A DNA stretch of 64,000 nucleotides from Dudresnaya verticillata. Lineage: Eukaryota. Position numbers and translations under genes: made by a program. The notes under the pieces are model-generated. The model worked only from the letters and a program-made list of their open reading frames with translations. It was not told the origin of the DNA and did not search any database. Location: positions 2,666,001-2,730,000 of the forward strand of contig OZ374559.1 in assembly GCA_977862235.1 (NCBI GenBank), written 5' to 3'. This document shows positions 11,039 through 21,111 of this stretch, piece after piece (within the stretch, counting starts at the first letter, position 1; each line of letters begins with the position of its first letter).

Positions 11039-14000
11039 GCACGAACGCTAACACGCGCGCCCTTTTGCGCGAGCTCGTGCGCAAATTGCGCGATCTCGCG
11101 CCCTACGCTGCGAAGAGGCCTTCATCTCGCAGCAAGGCCACCTGTAGCACCCTCTGGAGGTGTCCCGAACAGACTGACGACGGACGACAGGCTTGCGTCC
11201 CGGTTAGGAGGTCTGTGCCCCGAGGGAACCTACTGTAGAGGACCTTTACAGGTACCTTACCCAGCGCTGTAACCATGATTGGTCAGCAGCACCCCGACAT
11301 GCCGAAGGTATGGCTCTCTCCATGCTTTATGCCTTCGGCAAAACACCGCCCGACAAACAGTACCAGCTGTCCTCTGGGCTGCCAGTCGTCCTCACTGCCT
11401 ACTGTAGAAGCGCTACTCATGCACCTGCGGAAGATGCATGTTCCTGGCAGGCGAGGACCACCGACGAGGACCGACATCGAGCCTCTCAAGCAGCAGCTCC
11501 TGGACTATGGAGTATGGTACTGTGTGACTCACAACAAGTACATGCCTACCCACTGTAGCTCCCGCATGAACAGTGAAGGCATGTACAGTATGCGGTACAA
11601 GAATTGCAGCGCATGTCCCGCCACTCGCACTCCGGCGTTCTCCCACGTCCCGTCCAACCAATTGACGACACCGAGCCGTGAAGAAACTGTAGCCGCGCCA
11701 TCACAGACTCCTGCTCTGGACGCGGTCACGGAGACGCAACCCGAGGACGGCGAGCCGGCGGACGATATCCTGCCAGCCCCGCGACGAATCCCGGACAGCC
11801 AGGAGCCGCCTCCTGCACCGGTACCAGCTACTCAAGTGGTACCAACTGCGCAAACCCGACACGCTGCGCGGGGCCCAGGAGGGCAGCTTCTGCCGGCGGT
11901 CGAAGATATCTGTCGCTCGCATATCCCTATGGTCACACATATACCGTCTCGCGTCCGCGCAGAGGTGCGCGACGCACTGTCCAAGACGGTATGGGCTTTT
12001 ACGAACGCAAACAACTCTCAGGAAGCCACCAAAGAGCTCACTGCATTCCTGCTTTTTCCAGCAGCCGTATTGTCCAATCCTCCCGCGGCGAGTGCAAGGG
12101 CCGGCGCGTCAACCTCTGCGTCCTCGATCGGCACCTTCCGCGATCGAATCCGCCGCTGGGGACTCAAGGATTACGACGCCCTATGGCAGGAGGCCTTGAA
12201 GGGCTCGACATTCCGTGAGCAGACTGCGCCTTCCGCAGAAGAGCAACGCCGTATCAACGCCTCACGAGCCCTTCGCCTCGCAAAGGAGGGCGCCTACAGT
12301 AAGGCAGCAGCAGCTCTAGACTCTGATGGAATCGCGCCAGCCACAGACTCTGTGATACAGTCCATGAAGGACAAGCACCCACAGTCCGTACCGCAAACCG
12401 ACGCGGACCACGAGCTTGACCAGTCCGAACCGCTGCCGACCATGCCTGACTTCGTGCCCTTCACAGCCGACGAAGTACGAAAAGCAGTGGCCAAGTTCCC
12501 CCGGGCTTCGGCCTCGGGGGGCACAGGACTATCACCGACCCATCTGCAGGAACTGCTCTCAGTCCCGACCACTCACGAGCACACGGGCCTGCTTGGCGGG
12601 CTCACCAAAATGGTCAACGTGCTGGCCAGCGGCGCAGGACCTGCGGAGCTGTCGCCTTGGATTGCCAGCGCTCCTCTCACGGCTCTGAAGAAGCGCACCG
12701 GCGGTGTCCGCCCCATTGCTGTAGGAGAGACAATCCGACGACTCGTGAGCTCTATGCTCATGACCAGAGTCGCTCCCACGGCCAAGGCATACCTCGAACC
12801 GCTTCAGCTCGGGGTCGCAACCTCGGGCGGCACAGAAGCGATTGTACACGCGGTCCGGAAGCTGCAGAAGTCTCACGGCCATGACAAGTCCTACGGGTTG
12901 CTACAAGTGGACTTGAAGAATGCCTTCAACCTTGTCAGCCGCAAAGCATTCATGAAGGAGGTCCGTCGACATATGCCTGAACTACTACCGTGGGTCAGAT
13001 ACTGTTATGACTCTGAGGACCCGCACCTGTGGATGGGTGACACTCTACTGCGGAGTGTCACTGGTGTACAGCAAGGTGACCCGCTCGGGCCGTTACTGTT
13101 TGCTTTGGTGCTGCAGGCACTGATCAAACAGTTGAAGGAACTCACCGCCGACCTGCGGCGCTCGGGCCGCAATCAGCAAGCGGAGGGGGCGAACAACTTG
13201 CTGCTGTCACTGTTCTACCTGGACGACGGCGTCATCGTGGCGAAACACGCCGTACTCAGGAAGGTTTTGTCCTTCTTTGACTCCGAGGAAGCTAAGGGCT
13301 ATGGCTTCCACCTGCGCATGGACAAGTGTACTGTTTGGTGGCCTACTGCACCCGACCCAGAAGACTGCGCTGCCTACCCGTCGGATCTTGGGCAGAGCTA
13401 CGGAGAAGGCACTACAGTACTTCAGGCTCCGATTGGAACGCAGAACTACATGGAGGAGAGCGTGAATGGCCATGTCGAGTCCATCCAGCCCCTGCTGGAC
13501 GCAATTTCGGGACTAGAAGACCTACACGTGGCCATCACTCTACTCCGCAACTGTGCCGGAGTCTGCCGGCTGAACTACCTGCTGCGAGTAGTTCCATCAT
13601 CCGCCACGGCGAAGGGCGCCGAGCTCTTCGACCAGAAGATTGAGGCTTGCATGCGCAAGCTCGTGGGAGGAGTCCTACCGAGGGACACCTTCCGCGAACT
13701 TCAGCTTCCCCTGCGCACGAAAGAGCCCAGCTTCGGAATCGGTATTTCGGGAGCTGGCGACATGAACTCGAGCGCGTTTTTGGCGTCCCTTTCACTGACC
13801 CGCAACTTACTGCGTTCTATCTTACCCGCTTCTGTGAACACTGCTCTTTCTGACGATCCTTTTGCAGTAGAAGCGCACGAAGACTGGAGCGCCAAGTGCC
13901 GTAGTGAGGATGCCCTGGACCTGGAGAAGATCGACAGCGACGAGTGCCCGCGCCAGCGGGACTTGACGCGGTTGGTTCTGAAGAAAGTGCAAGCCGAGCT

Positions 14001-14864
14001 GCCGCTCGGGGACAGGCGGACGCAAGCTTTCCGAGCTTCCCTTGGCGTGCCGGGCGCCAAGGACTGGCTCAAGTGCCAGCCGGCACCAGGCATGAAGACG
14101 TACATTGCGGATCGGGACTACCGCGTATGGCTTCGATTCTACTGTCGGATTCCACTGCTGGAACCCGACACGGAGTGTCCTCGGGCCGGGTGCAAGAAGA
14201 AGATGGATGTTCACGGCGACCATCTGCTGATTTGTCCGAACGGCATGCGGAACAGCGGATCTCCTCGGTCGTGGCGCCACGACTCTCAGGTTCGTCTGCT
14301 GGCTTCGGATCTGAAACGTGCGACACGCACCCCGATTGTGGAGCCCCGCCCTGTGGGGGCTCACTTGGATCGGCCGGACATCAAGGCGCTTGGAACAGAA
14401 GGAGGAACGGACTACCTGGACGTCACAATCAGTCATCCACTGTCGTCAGAACAACGCATTCTCAGCTGCATAACAAACCCGCAAGGGACGCTGAAGAACG
14501 CCCACGCTGACAAGGTGAGGACTTACCGTGGCTTCATCCAGGCTGCCGGACCGGGGGCAAGGCTTGTGCCGGTGCCGATGACCACACTAGGTGGCTGGCA
14601 CCCGGAGGCGCACAAGTATATGCAAGAGTTGGCGGATACCGTGGCTTCTCGGGCCATGGTAACTCGCGGTGTTTCGCGAGCGGCTCTGTTCCACAGGCAC
14701 GCGGCGCGACTGGTGCAGAACAACGTCAAGTGCCTGATGGAAGGGATCCAACAGGAGGTGTAGATGTGCAAGTTGTCTTGAGTTGGGGTTTAACTTTGTT
14801 GTGATACTACAGTAGATTGTACGTCGACAAATATTAGAATATGATCACCTGTTATAAAGTTGAA
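11039..14864 (+). mobile_element. Apparently full-length single-ORF CRE-like (RLE) non-LTR retrotransposon
   Basis: Intact 1162-aa ORF. Candidate 9-bp TSD CTAACCTGA at 11030-11038 and 14865-14873. Ends in ATAAAGTTG like other local 3' ends. Confidence 0.8.
11275..14763 (+). CDS. Zn finger - reverse transcriptase - Zn knuckle - restriction-like endonuclease polyprotein
   Basis: CPLGC..HLRKMH C2H2 finger; VRPIAVGE, QLGV, VDLKNAFN, GVQQGDPLGP, YLDD; CPRAGC..HLLIC; RHD, RPDI..YLDVT (PD-D/ExK type). Confidence 0.92.
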   Translation: MIGQQHPDMPKVWLSPCFMPSAKHRPTNSTSCPLGCQSSSLPTVEALLMHLRKMHVPGRRGPPTRTDIEPLKQQLLDYGVWYCVTHNKYMPTHCSSRMNSEGMYSMRYKNCSACPATRTPAFSHVPSNQLTTPSREETVAAPSQTPALDAVTETQPEDGEPADDILPAPRRIPDSQEPPPAPVPATQVVPTAQTRHAARGPGGQLLPAVEDICRSHIPMVTHIPSRVRAEVRDALSKTVWAFTNANNSQEATKELTAFLLFPAAVLSNPPAASARAGASTSASSIGTFRDRIRRWGLKDYDALWQEALKGSTFREQTAPSAEEQRRINASRALRLAKEGAYSKAAAALDSDGIAPATDSVIQSMKDKHPQSVPQTDADHELDQSEPLPTMPDFVPFTADEVRKAVAKFPRASASGGTGLSPTHLQELLSVPTTHEHTGLLGGLTKMVNVLASGAGPAELSPWIASAPLTALKKRTGGVRPIAVGETIRRLVSSMLMTRVAPTAKAYLEPLQLGVATSGGTEAIVHAVRKLQKSHGHDKSYGLLQVDLKNAFNLVSRKAFMKEVRRHMPELLPWVRYCYDSEDPHLWMGDTLLRSVTGVQQGDPLGPLLFALVLQALIKQLKELTADLRRSGRNQQAEGANNLLLSLFYLDDGVIVAKHAVLRKVLSFFDSEEAKGYGFHLRMDKCTVWWPTAPDPEDCAAYPSDLGQSYGEGTTVLQAPIGTQNYMEESVNGHVESIQPLLDAISGLEDLHVAITLLRNCAGVCRLNYLLRVVPSSATAKGAELFDQKIEACMRKLVGGVLPRDTFRELQLPLRTKEPSFGIGISGAGDMNSSAFLASLSLTRNLLRSILPASVNTALSDDPFAVEAHEDWSAKCRSEDALDLEKIDSDECPRQRDLTRLVLKKVQAELPLGDRRTQAFRASLGVPGAKDWLKCQPAPGMKTYIADRDYRVWLRFYCRIPLLEPDTECPRAGCKKKMDVHGDHLLICPNGMRNSGSPRSWRHDSQVRLLASDLKRATRTPIVEPRPVGAHLDRPDIKALGTEGGTDYLDVTISHPLSSEQRILSCITNPQGTLKNAHADKVRTYRGFIQAAGPGARLVPVPMTTLGGWHPEAHKYMQELADTVASRAMVTRGVSRAALFHRHAARLVQNNVKCLMEGIQQEV

Positions 14865-16099
14865 CTAACCTGAAGACTGTCCACAATAACTTTGATAAGC
14901 ACAAAGTTCTGACACTCTGCGAGACCGCATTGACCGAACATCTCGCTAACATGACTGCTGCTACACGCTCTCACAGCCAGTTGGGTGTAGTTCTTGCAGT
15001 AGCCAGTCGGCGCTACTGAAGAACTAACCGCGATCATATTTTTCTTACAATACCGATTATGGCCCGATCGCCATAAATCGTTCAATGTTCAGGTCAAGTC
15101 TGTCTTGCGCAGACCATGTACACCCGAAGGAACATTGTAGATAGCGTAGTTTCTTGTTCCGAAGAGCAGCAGCTTCGAACTGGGGTCCAAAAAGTTTCCA
15201 GCGAGGCAAAGGATGCTTCTTTATGGATATTTCCCGAACCTATAATGGGCGCCTTACTCCATGCACATAATCTTCATAATTTCATGAAAGTGCTCACATC
15301 AGGTACTACAGTTGTTATGTTATGGCGTTATGACTACGGATGCCCCAAAGGCAGTTAGATTCAACTACTTTCTAGCGGATGTCTTCCCAATTGCCTTCTT
15401 CCATCGACGAACAGCAGTGAAACTATCCTCATCGATTTCAGTCTTTGCAAAGGTGCTCTTCTCAGAAACCCACAGCCCATCCTTATTAGCAAGGGGAGGA
15501 TTGCAAATAGTGACGTTAAATGCGTGCGGTGTCGCTCCCCTTCTCTACCCACTCGACCCTACGCCTTGCTCTCGCCATCTTACGGAATATCTTCCGGCGT
15601 TTTCGTATGAGATCGAAATGGGACCCAGAATGTCTTGTTATAATTCGAGCGGTGGTGCAAAGGCTTTTTCCACACCTTAGAAAGGATTCCAGGGAGCTTA
15701 TCCATCGCGGCGAGCGCAGCATCCGATCTGGTGGATGAGGGCCGCAATAAATGTGGGAAGGATCCAAACTTCTTGTAGTAGGTCCGCACTTGCTCATTCC
15801 GGGAGGTGTAATCATGCTCTGAGTGGGGCAGGGGCTTCCAACGCATGGGCGAAGCGGTTATGGGTGTGCACGGGCGCGGGGATTTTTGCCCAGTAGCCGT
15901 CTCATCCACCAATCCTGCTGTGTGTGTCGAAACTCGGCACGGGGCAGTCGTGGCAATGTGATGGCAAGTCGTGTATAGTAATATACTGTCGGGCCATTGG
16001 CGAAGAGCAGCAGGTTTCATCTTCGCGGCTCAGACTTGTTTGGGGCGAACTGTGAACTACGTAATCCGCAGGTTTCGCACAAGGCGATATGGTAGAGTC

Positions 16100-16788
16100 G
16101 TGATGTTTGACTTTAATGGTTGTTTAGGGTGGTCTTGTGCGGGCGACGATGGCCCATGGGCAAGCATACCGGCAAGCTACAGTTGTTAAGGTTACTCTTG
16201 ATGACATCCATTAAAAGTATCCTATGACCGGTAAAGGGGGTGGAGCTATCCTTCGGAAAGGGATCAGTTACGTGGGGACCGACTGGGTTGTGAGTGGGAA
16301 GTGGACAGGGGAAACGCATGGCTGCAGGCGTCCCGGATAGATGAGATTGTGTCGGAGATGGCGCAGAGATCAGCGGCGAGTGGTTCGCGGCGAGTGGTTC
16401 TGGGAGCGACAGGGCTTTGAGAGATTGGGCGAGGGGTCGAAATTCGTGCGGGGCAGGACCATGTCGGGAATCATGAATAAATCGCGTAGCTTCCGCAGTC
16501 GTGATAGAGGCATATCGCCAGCGTTTTGGCCGATGGTGGAGCGGAAGAGCAATGCATCCACGAGTCCAATTGGGTTACGGTTTGGGGATTGATCAGAGTT
16601 ATCCCTAACGCGTATTCGAGGACAAGGCCGACGACGGTGCAGTATACTTGTTGGGCAGCACGTGGTGGCATGCAGGAGGAGATGTGTCTGGCGATGGCAA
16701 GGGCGCCGAGGGTCTGTTTAGCTTTCCTTACGCGAGGGAAGACAGTTTCGGTTGTGCCGATCCCTTCCAGTTTTAGTCCTAGTACCTA
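16100..16788 (-). mobile_element. Degenerate 3' fragment of a LINE (post-RT region and 3' end)
   Basis: The minus strand reads YLGLKL...RVRKAKQTLGAL...VYCTVVGLVLEYALG. Its 3' end ACAAGACCAC..TAAA..CATTAAA.TCAA.CATCAC recurs at about 41385-41440 (+) and 56777-56815 (-). Confidence 0.55.
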
Positions 16789-16900
16789 GGCCCCTTCCCA
16801 GGGCCGGTCCATCGATTGATAAATAAATAAAGGTGTGTGTGTGTGTGTTAATTTTGAGAGACCTTTATTAAAGAACAAGAGAGAAGCCCCTTAAGGGTGC

Positions 16901-19900
16901 TTAGGATTCAGAGCTACCATAAAGAGGCGGAGGAGCAAGCTTGCGGCGGTTGACACTCACCGCGACGCATTGGAGAACTAAAGAGAGTAAACGAGTAGTG
17001 AGGCGAAGTTTCTTCGTAGACGGAGAGGTCCCGCGCTTGCTGGCAATGAAATTAGCAATACGTTGGGCGCCAACTTCAAAGCCAGATCCAACACGGCCAT
17101 AGACATCTACAACCATAGGATGGAGAACCATATCCAAACTAGCGCATACGCGGCGGTAATGAGAGCGTTTGACACGTTCGCGAGCTGCAATGGCTTGGCC
17201 AGCAACGCGACCAGTGGGACCATGAATAGAATGGGGACTGACGACCGAGACATCAAATCCATGGGGGTGAGGGGCAAAGCCACGATCATCAACGAAAATA
17301 TCCATACGCAGTTGGTCACGTGGATCAACAGGCTGTGGGGGACCACCAGAAGCAGCATGACGCTCGTCACGTATGCGCTCAGCACGTGTTCGGGCAGCGT
17401 TGGGGACAGAGCTACGGGGCCCATGCTCATCCGAATAAGTGAAACGATGCTCAACTTCAACGCGCACGCCATGGGGGCGGGCGATAGTCTGAAATAAGAC
17501 GCTAAAGCGATCCCGAAGATGATCATGACGGCGAATCGTGCCCTCACGAGAAGAGCAGACCGTAGCATGATGCCCATAAACATCAAGAAGAGGGGGAACA
17601 GAAGCGGTACCATCAACACAACGGGGGCATGGGTCATCTCCACTGAAGATGGGAAGTCCAAGTCGTAGCTGGATCATTGATATCCAAACTTCAGGTTCGA
17701 CCCGAGTACCGTGGAAGGAGGAAGGTACAGCGGCAAATGCGCGCGCAGAACTGGCCGTGCAGGTAGATTGCAGACGAAGACGACAGCGAAGATCATCACT
17801 AGAGTTGGATGACGGGGTCACAGAGGCCAAAACCACGGCATTAATAGAAGAAAAAAGCCCATGATGCACAGACCCGGGAGACCTGGAGTCATGAGGAGTA
17901 GCATGGAAAGAATTCAAGAACGTGGTTACATCATTAAGTCGGGCTTGACAATTGTTGCCAACAGAAGAGCGGAGACGGCCTAGGGAAGGCCCAAGGGTGT
18001 TGTCAGCAGGGAAGGGAAAAGGACCAAGAACTGTCCGGATGGTAGACATGCTTGAACCGAGAGACGCTAAATAGCTGAGATCCACCACAGCAGAAGCTCT
18101 AGTCAGTCCTAGGCCACCAGATCGCAGCGGTAGAGAACTGAGCTTCCAAATCGAATCGGTTAAGAGACAATGAGTTGCTTCAAACACCCGTCGCATTCCA
18201 AGGTCGTGGGACACGGCAATGGAAGAGGTTAAGTGCGGAGGGGTAGTTCGAAGCAGGTAGGATAGTTTTGATACACCAGCACAGAAGCGTAGAAGGTGAA
18301 AGACAAGTTGAGGGTCACCGAGAGAAAGTAAACGATCCCAGAGTAGAGCCACGGGCTGTAGTTTCTTCGTCAAGATAGCCTTACAGGCATTGTCAGCCCC
18401 AATAGGGGAACCTAGAACCTCAATGGCAGCATTTCGGTTAACATCGCATGGTAAATTACGAAGAGGGGAAGAGCGTAGGCGAGGCAGAAGAGGCCACCAC
18501 GCGTCAGACTTATGGGAACCAAGCTGCACATGAAAACCATAAGAAGAACCTCGATCGGAGAGAAAATGTAGGACTTCTGCAGCAGACGAAATGGGAAGCA
18601 CGATATACAAATCGTCGGCATAAGCCGTAATAAGCTTAATGCTGCTAAATCTGGAGGCAACAGCACAAAGAAGCGGTTGTAGAGCAATACAAAAAAGAAG
18701 CATGCTCAACGGGTCACCCTGCTGGGTACCGGTATGGCTGAACAGGGTGAACTCTCCGAACAGAAGTCTAGGTGATGCAGTATAGAGGTAATGAACCATC
18801 TTAGAAATTCCTGGAACATGGGAAATAACTTCCCGTAAGAAATGAGCTCGCTCAATGCTATTATAGGCATTCTTAGCATCGATGCGAAGCAAAACGAGGG
18901 ATTCAGTACGATGAGATGCAATAAAGGCTCGTAGGGAATGAATGATGGCCTCGGCTCCATTTGGGGTACCAACAGCGAGTTGAAAAGGACGTAGATACGA
19001 TATCACAGCAGGATCCTTGGATGCACGTTGAGCAAGAAGACGGCATACAAAACGCCGAACAATGCAACCCATAGCTATGGGACGTAGGGATCCTGGTTTT
19101 GACTTTGGAATACCAATCAGGAGGGCGCTAGCAAGCCACGGGCTGAACGAAGATGGGAGACGGCCAGCAGCGCATTTGTTCACAAAGGCAGTGAGAGCAG
19201 TTAAGGCAGAGCGACTTGGCTCCGTACCGCCAGGTGGGTGAGCAAGAAGTCTTAGAAGACTGGGACGAAGGCCATCTAGGCCTGGGGAGGAATGATACGG
19301 GAGAAACCGCAAGGCCCGGCGAATATCAGACTCAGGGAAGTCGTATGCAGGAGGTAGGGAAGAATAGAAATGTGGAAGAACCGCTTCAACAGGGGCTGGA
19401 TGAAGCGCCTCCATGGCAGGGCGGGTAGACGAATTTGGGAGTACCGGAGGTGTTGTAGAGCAGAGTGCAGCAGCTGCTTTGCTAAGAGCTCCATCAAAGC
19501 ATAGTTGACGGCAGCGCCGGGACGGATCCGAAGGAATGTGAAGTGAGGCTGTGGGAAGAGATGGGAAAGCAGAAGTGGCAGATTCCCATAGATCATGCCA
19601 CCGACCTAGAAGAGCTAGATGAATGCGTGCGCGCAACATTCGAGTGAGCGTGCGACGATGCGAATTTCGCGGTTGGCCCCCCCGTTCTTACGAACAACAA
19701 GCTTTACTACCGCCAAAAAGCGAGAAAGACTTTCCTCAAGAGCGCTTGGCGTATGAGCAGATACAAAAGACGAGAAAATGAAATAGGATGTTGTCCCAGT
19801 CTGCCCGAAGCGTATTTGGCAGAAACGTAATTGTGGGGATCGGTAAAGGGAAGAGGAGTTGTGGTCGAGGACAAGGGTCGAACTGAAGTGGTGCATTTGA

Positions 19901-19903
19901 CAT
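16901..19903 (-). CDS. ORF2: RT - Zn knuckle - RLE; two compensating frameshifts near 19770 and 19680 in this copy
   Basis: LRPIAMG, QLAVG, IDAKNAYN, GTQQGDPLS, YADD, CPRC..HATVC, RHD, RMDI..FDVS. The upstream segments IPTITFLPNTLRADW and SFVSAHTPSALEESLSRFL align with the 1162-aa element. Confidence 0.85.
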
Positions 19904-21111
19904 TATGCGTTGGGAATCATTGCTACGTCTGTCGATTGTTGTCCTAGATCAATTGATGCGGGTAACGCATCCGGGGAAGGCGAGGATTCATCAGAAGCAT
20001 TTCGAGGGAGAACACGGACGAAACAGTCGGCATCAGGAGAAGATAGGCGACGATATACCCTGCGTCGCTTCGCACCAATATTCGGGTAGTCTGCAGGGGG
20101 TTGAGGCAACGGATGGGTATCATGACCCCACTGAGAAAGACTTTCTTGAAGCAAAGCATGAGTGGAGCGGAGAGCAGCCGAAAAATACGGTGCGGGGCCC
20201 CACTTACTAGCCGAGGTCTCCAGGGGCGTAATCTCATTTTGCAACGGAAGGAAAACAGAGTTAACTGCATCGACAGTATTTAAGGAGGTGTGAAGGTCGG
20301 TGATTGCAGAGAATTCCAACGTCGGTACTATAGAGTTGTCAGCATGTTTCGCCAGATCCGTGAATGCCTTATATGCTGGCTGTAGTGATTCACGATCACG
20401 AGCTGCAGCGACGACATAAAAAACGGCAGGGTCCGTAGTGCGAAGGATGGAGCAGGGGCCAGGAAATCCACCTTGATGTATAGCTCGGCGGAATTCAGCT
20501 GGATGTTCAATGATATCGGTCTCTTGCGCAGTCGAAACGCGGACAACACGTTTTTCATTTCCCCCGAATAGACGACGATTAGTACGACGAACATTTCCCG
20601 CGAACTTATGCGTAAGAGCCGCGTGAGGTGGGATACACTGTAGATCGAGCCCGTTCCGACCGAGGAGGGGCAAGCGCCCTACGGGCGTAGGCTTCTGAGT
20701 CGCCCGAACAGCATTAAGATACGATTTTGAAGCAGAACTTCCGGGTTCAGAGTCAGGAACCGGTGCAGAACGCGGCAGACAGGCTTCAACAGGGGTGGAC
20801 GGAGGGACTGCACTTGACACAGCCGGTCCAGCAGTAGAAGCAGGGACAGGTCCAGAGAGGTTTAGAAAGACACGAAGAAGAGATTTAAAATGCAGATTGT
20901 GTTGAAATGTCGAGATAAGAGCCTTAACGCGCGGTAGTTCAGAGATCTGGAGAAGGAAGGTGTCTACGGCATTTTTATTTCCGAGATCGACCACGGGATC
21001 CAATAAAGAGGCGGATAGTGCAATAAAATCGACGGTGGCATGCGTGAGAGAGACGAAAGCTTCTTGTTGGACATTTTGGAGCGAACGACGAGTATGATTG
21101 GCTGAAGGCAT
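19903..21111 (-). CDS. ORF1 of the two-ORF element (402 aa from MPSANH); no domain recognised
   Basis: The first ATG inside the element in this frame is at 21111. The ORF is also open in the second copy (ATG 63403). The stop TAA overlaps the ORF2 ATG. Confidence 0.75.
   Translation of the reverse strand: MPSANHTRRSLQNVQQEAFVSLTHATVDFIALSASLLDPVVDLGNKNAVDTFLLQISELPRVKALISTFQHNLHFKSLLRVFLNLSGPVPASTAGPAVSSAVPPSTPVEACLPRSAPVPDSEPGSSASKSYLNAVRATQKPTPVGRLPLLGRNGLDLQCIPPHAALTHKFAGNVRRTNRRLFGGNEKRVVRVSTAQETDIIEHPAEFRRAIHQGGFPGPCSILRTTDPAVFYVVAAARDRESLQPAYKAFTDLAKHADNSIVPTLEFSAITDLHTSLNTVDAVNSVFLPLQNEITPLETSASKWGPAPYFSAALRSTHALLQESLSQWGHDTHPLPQPPADYPNIGAKRRRVYRRLSSPDADCFVRVLPRNASDESSPSPDALPASIDLGQQSTDVAMIPNA

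Noticed and set aside
11168..11220. Hammerhead ribozyme (CTGACGA between two stems)
   Set aside because: No GAAA after stem II and no stem III or NUH site.
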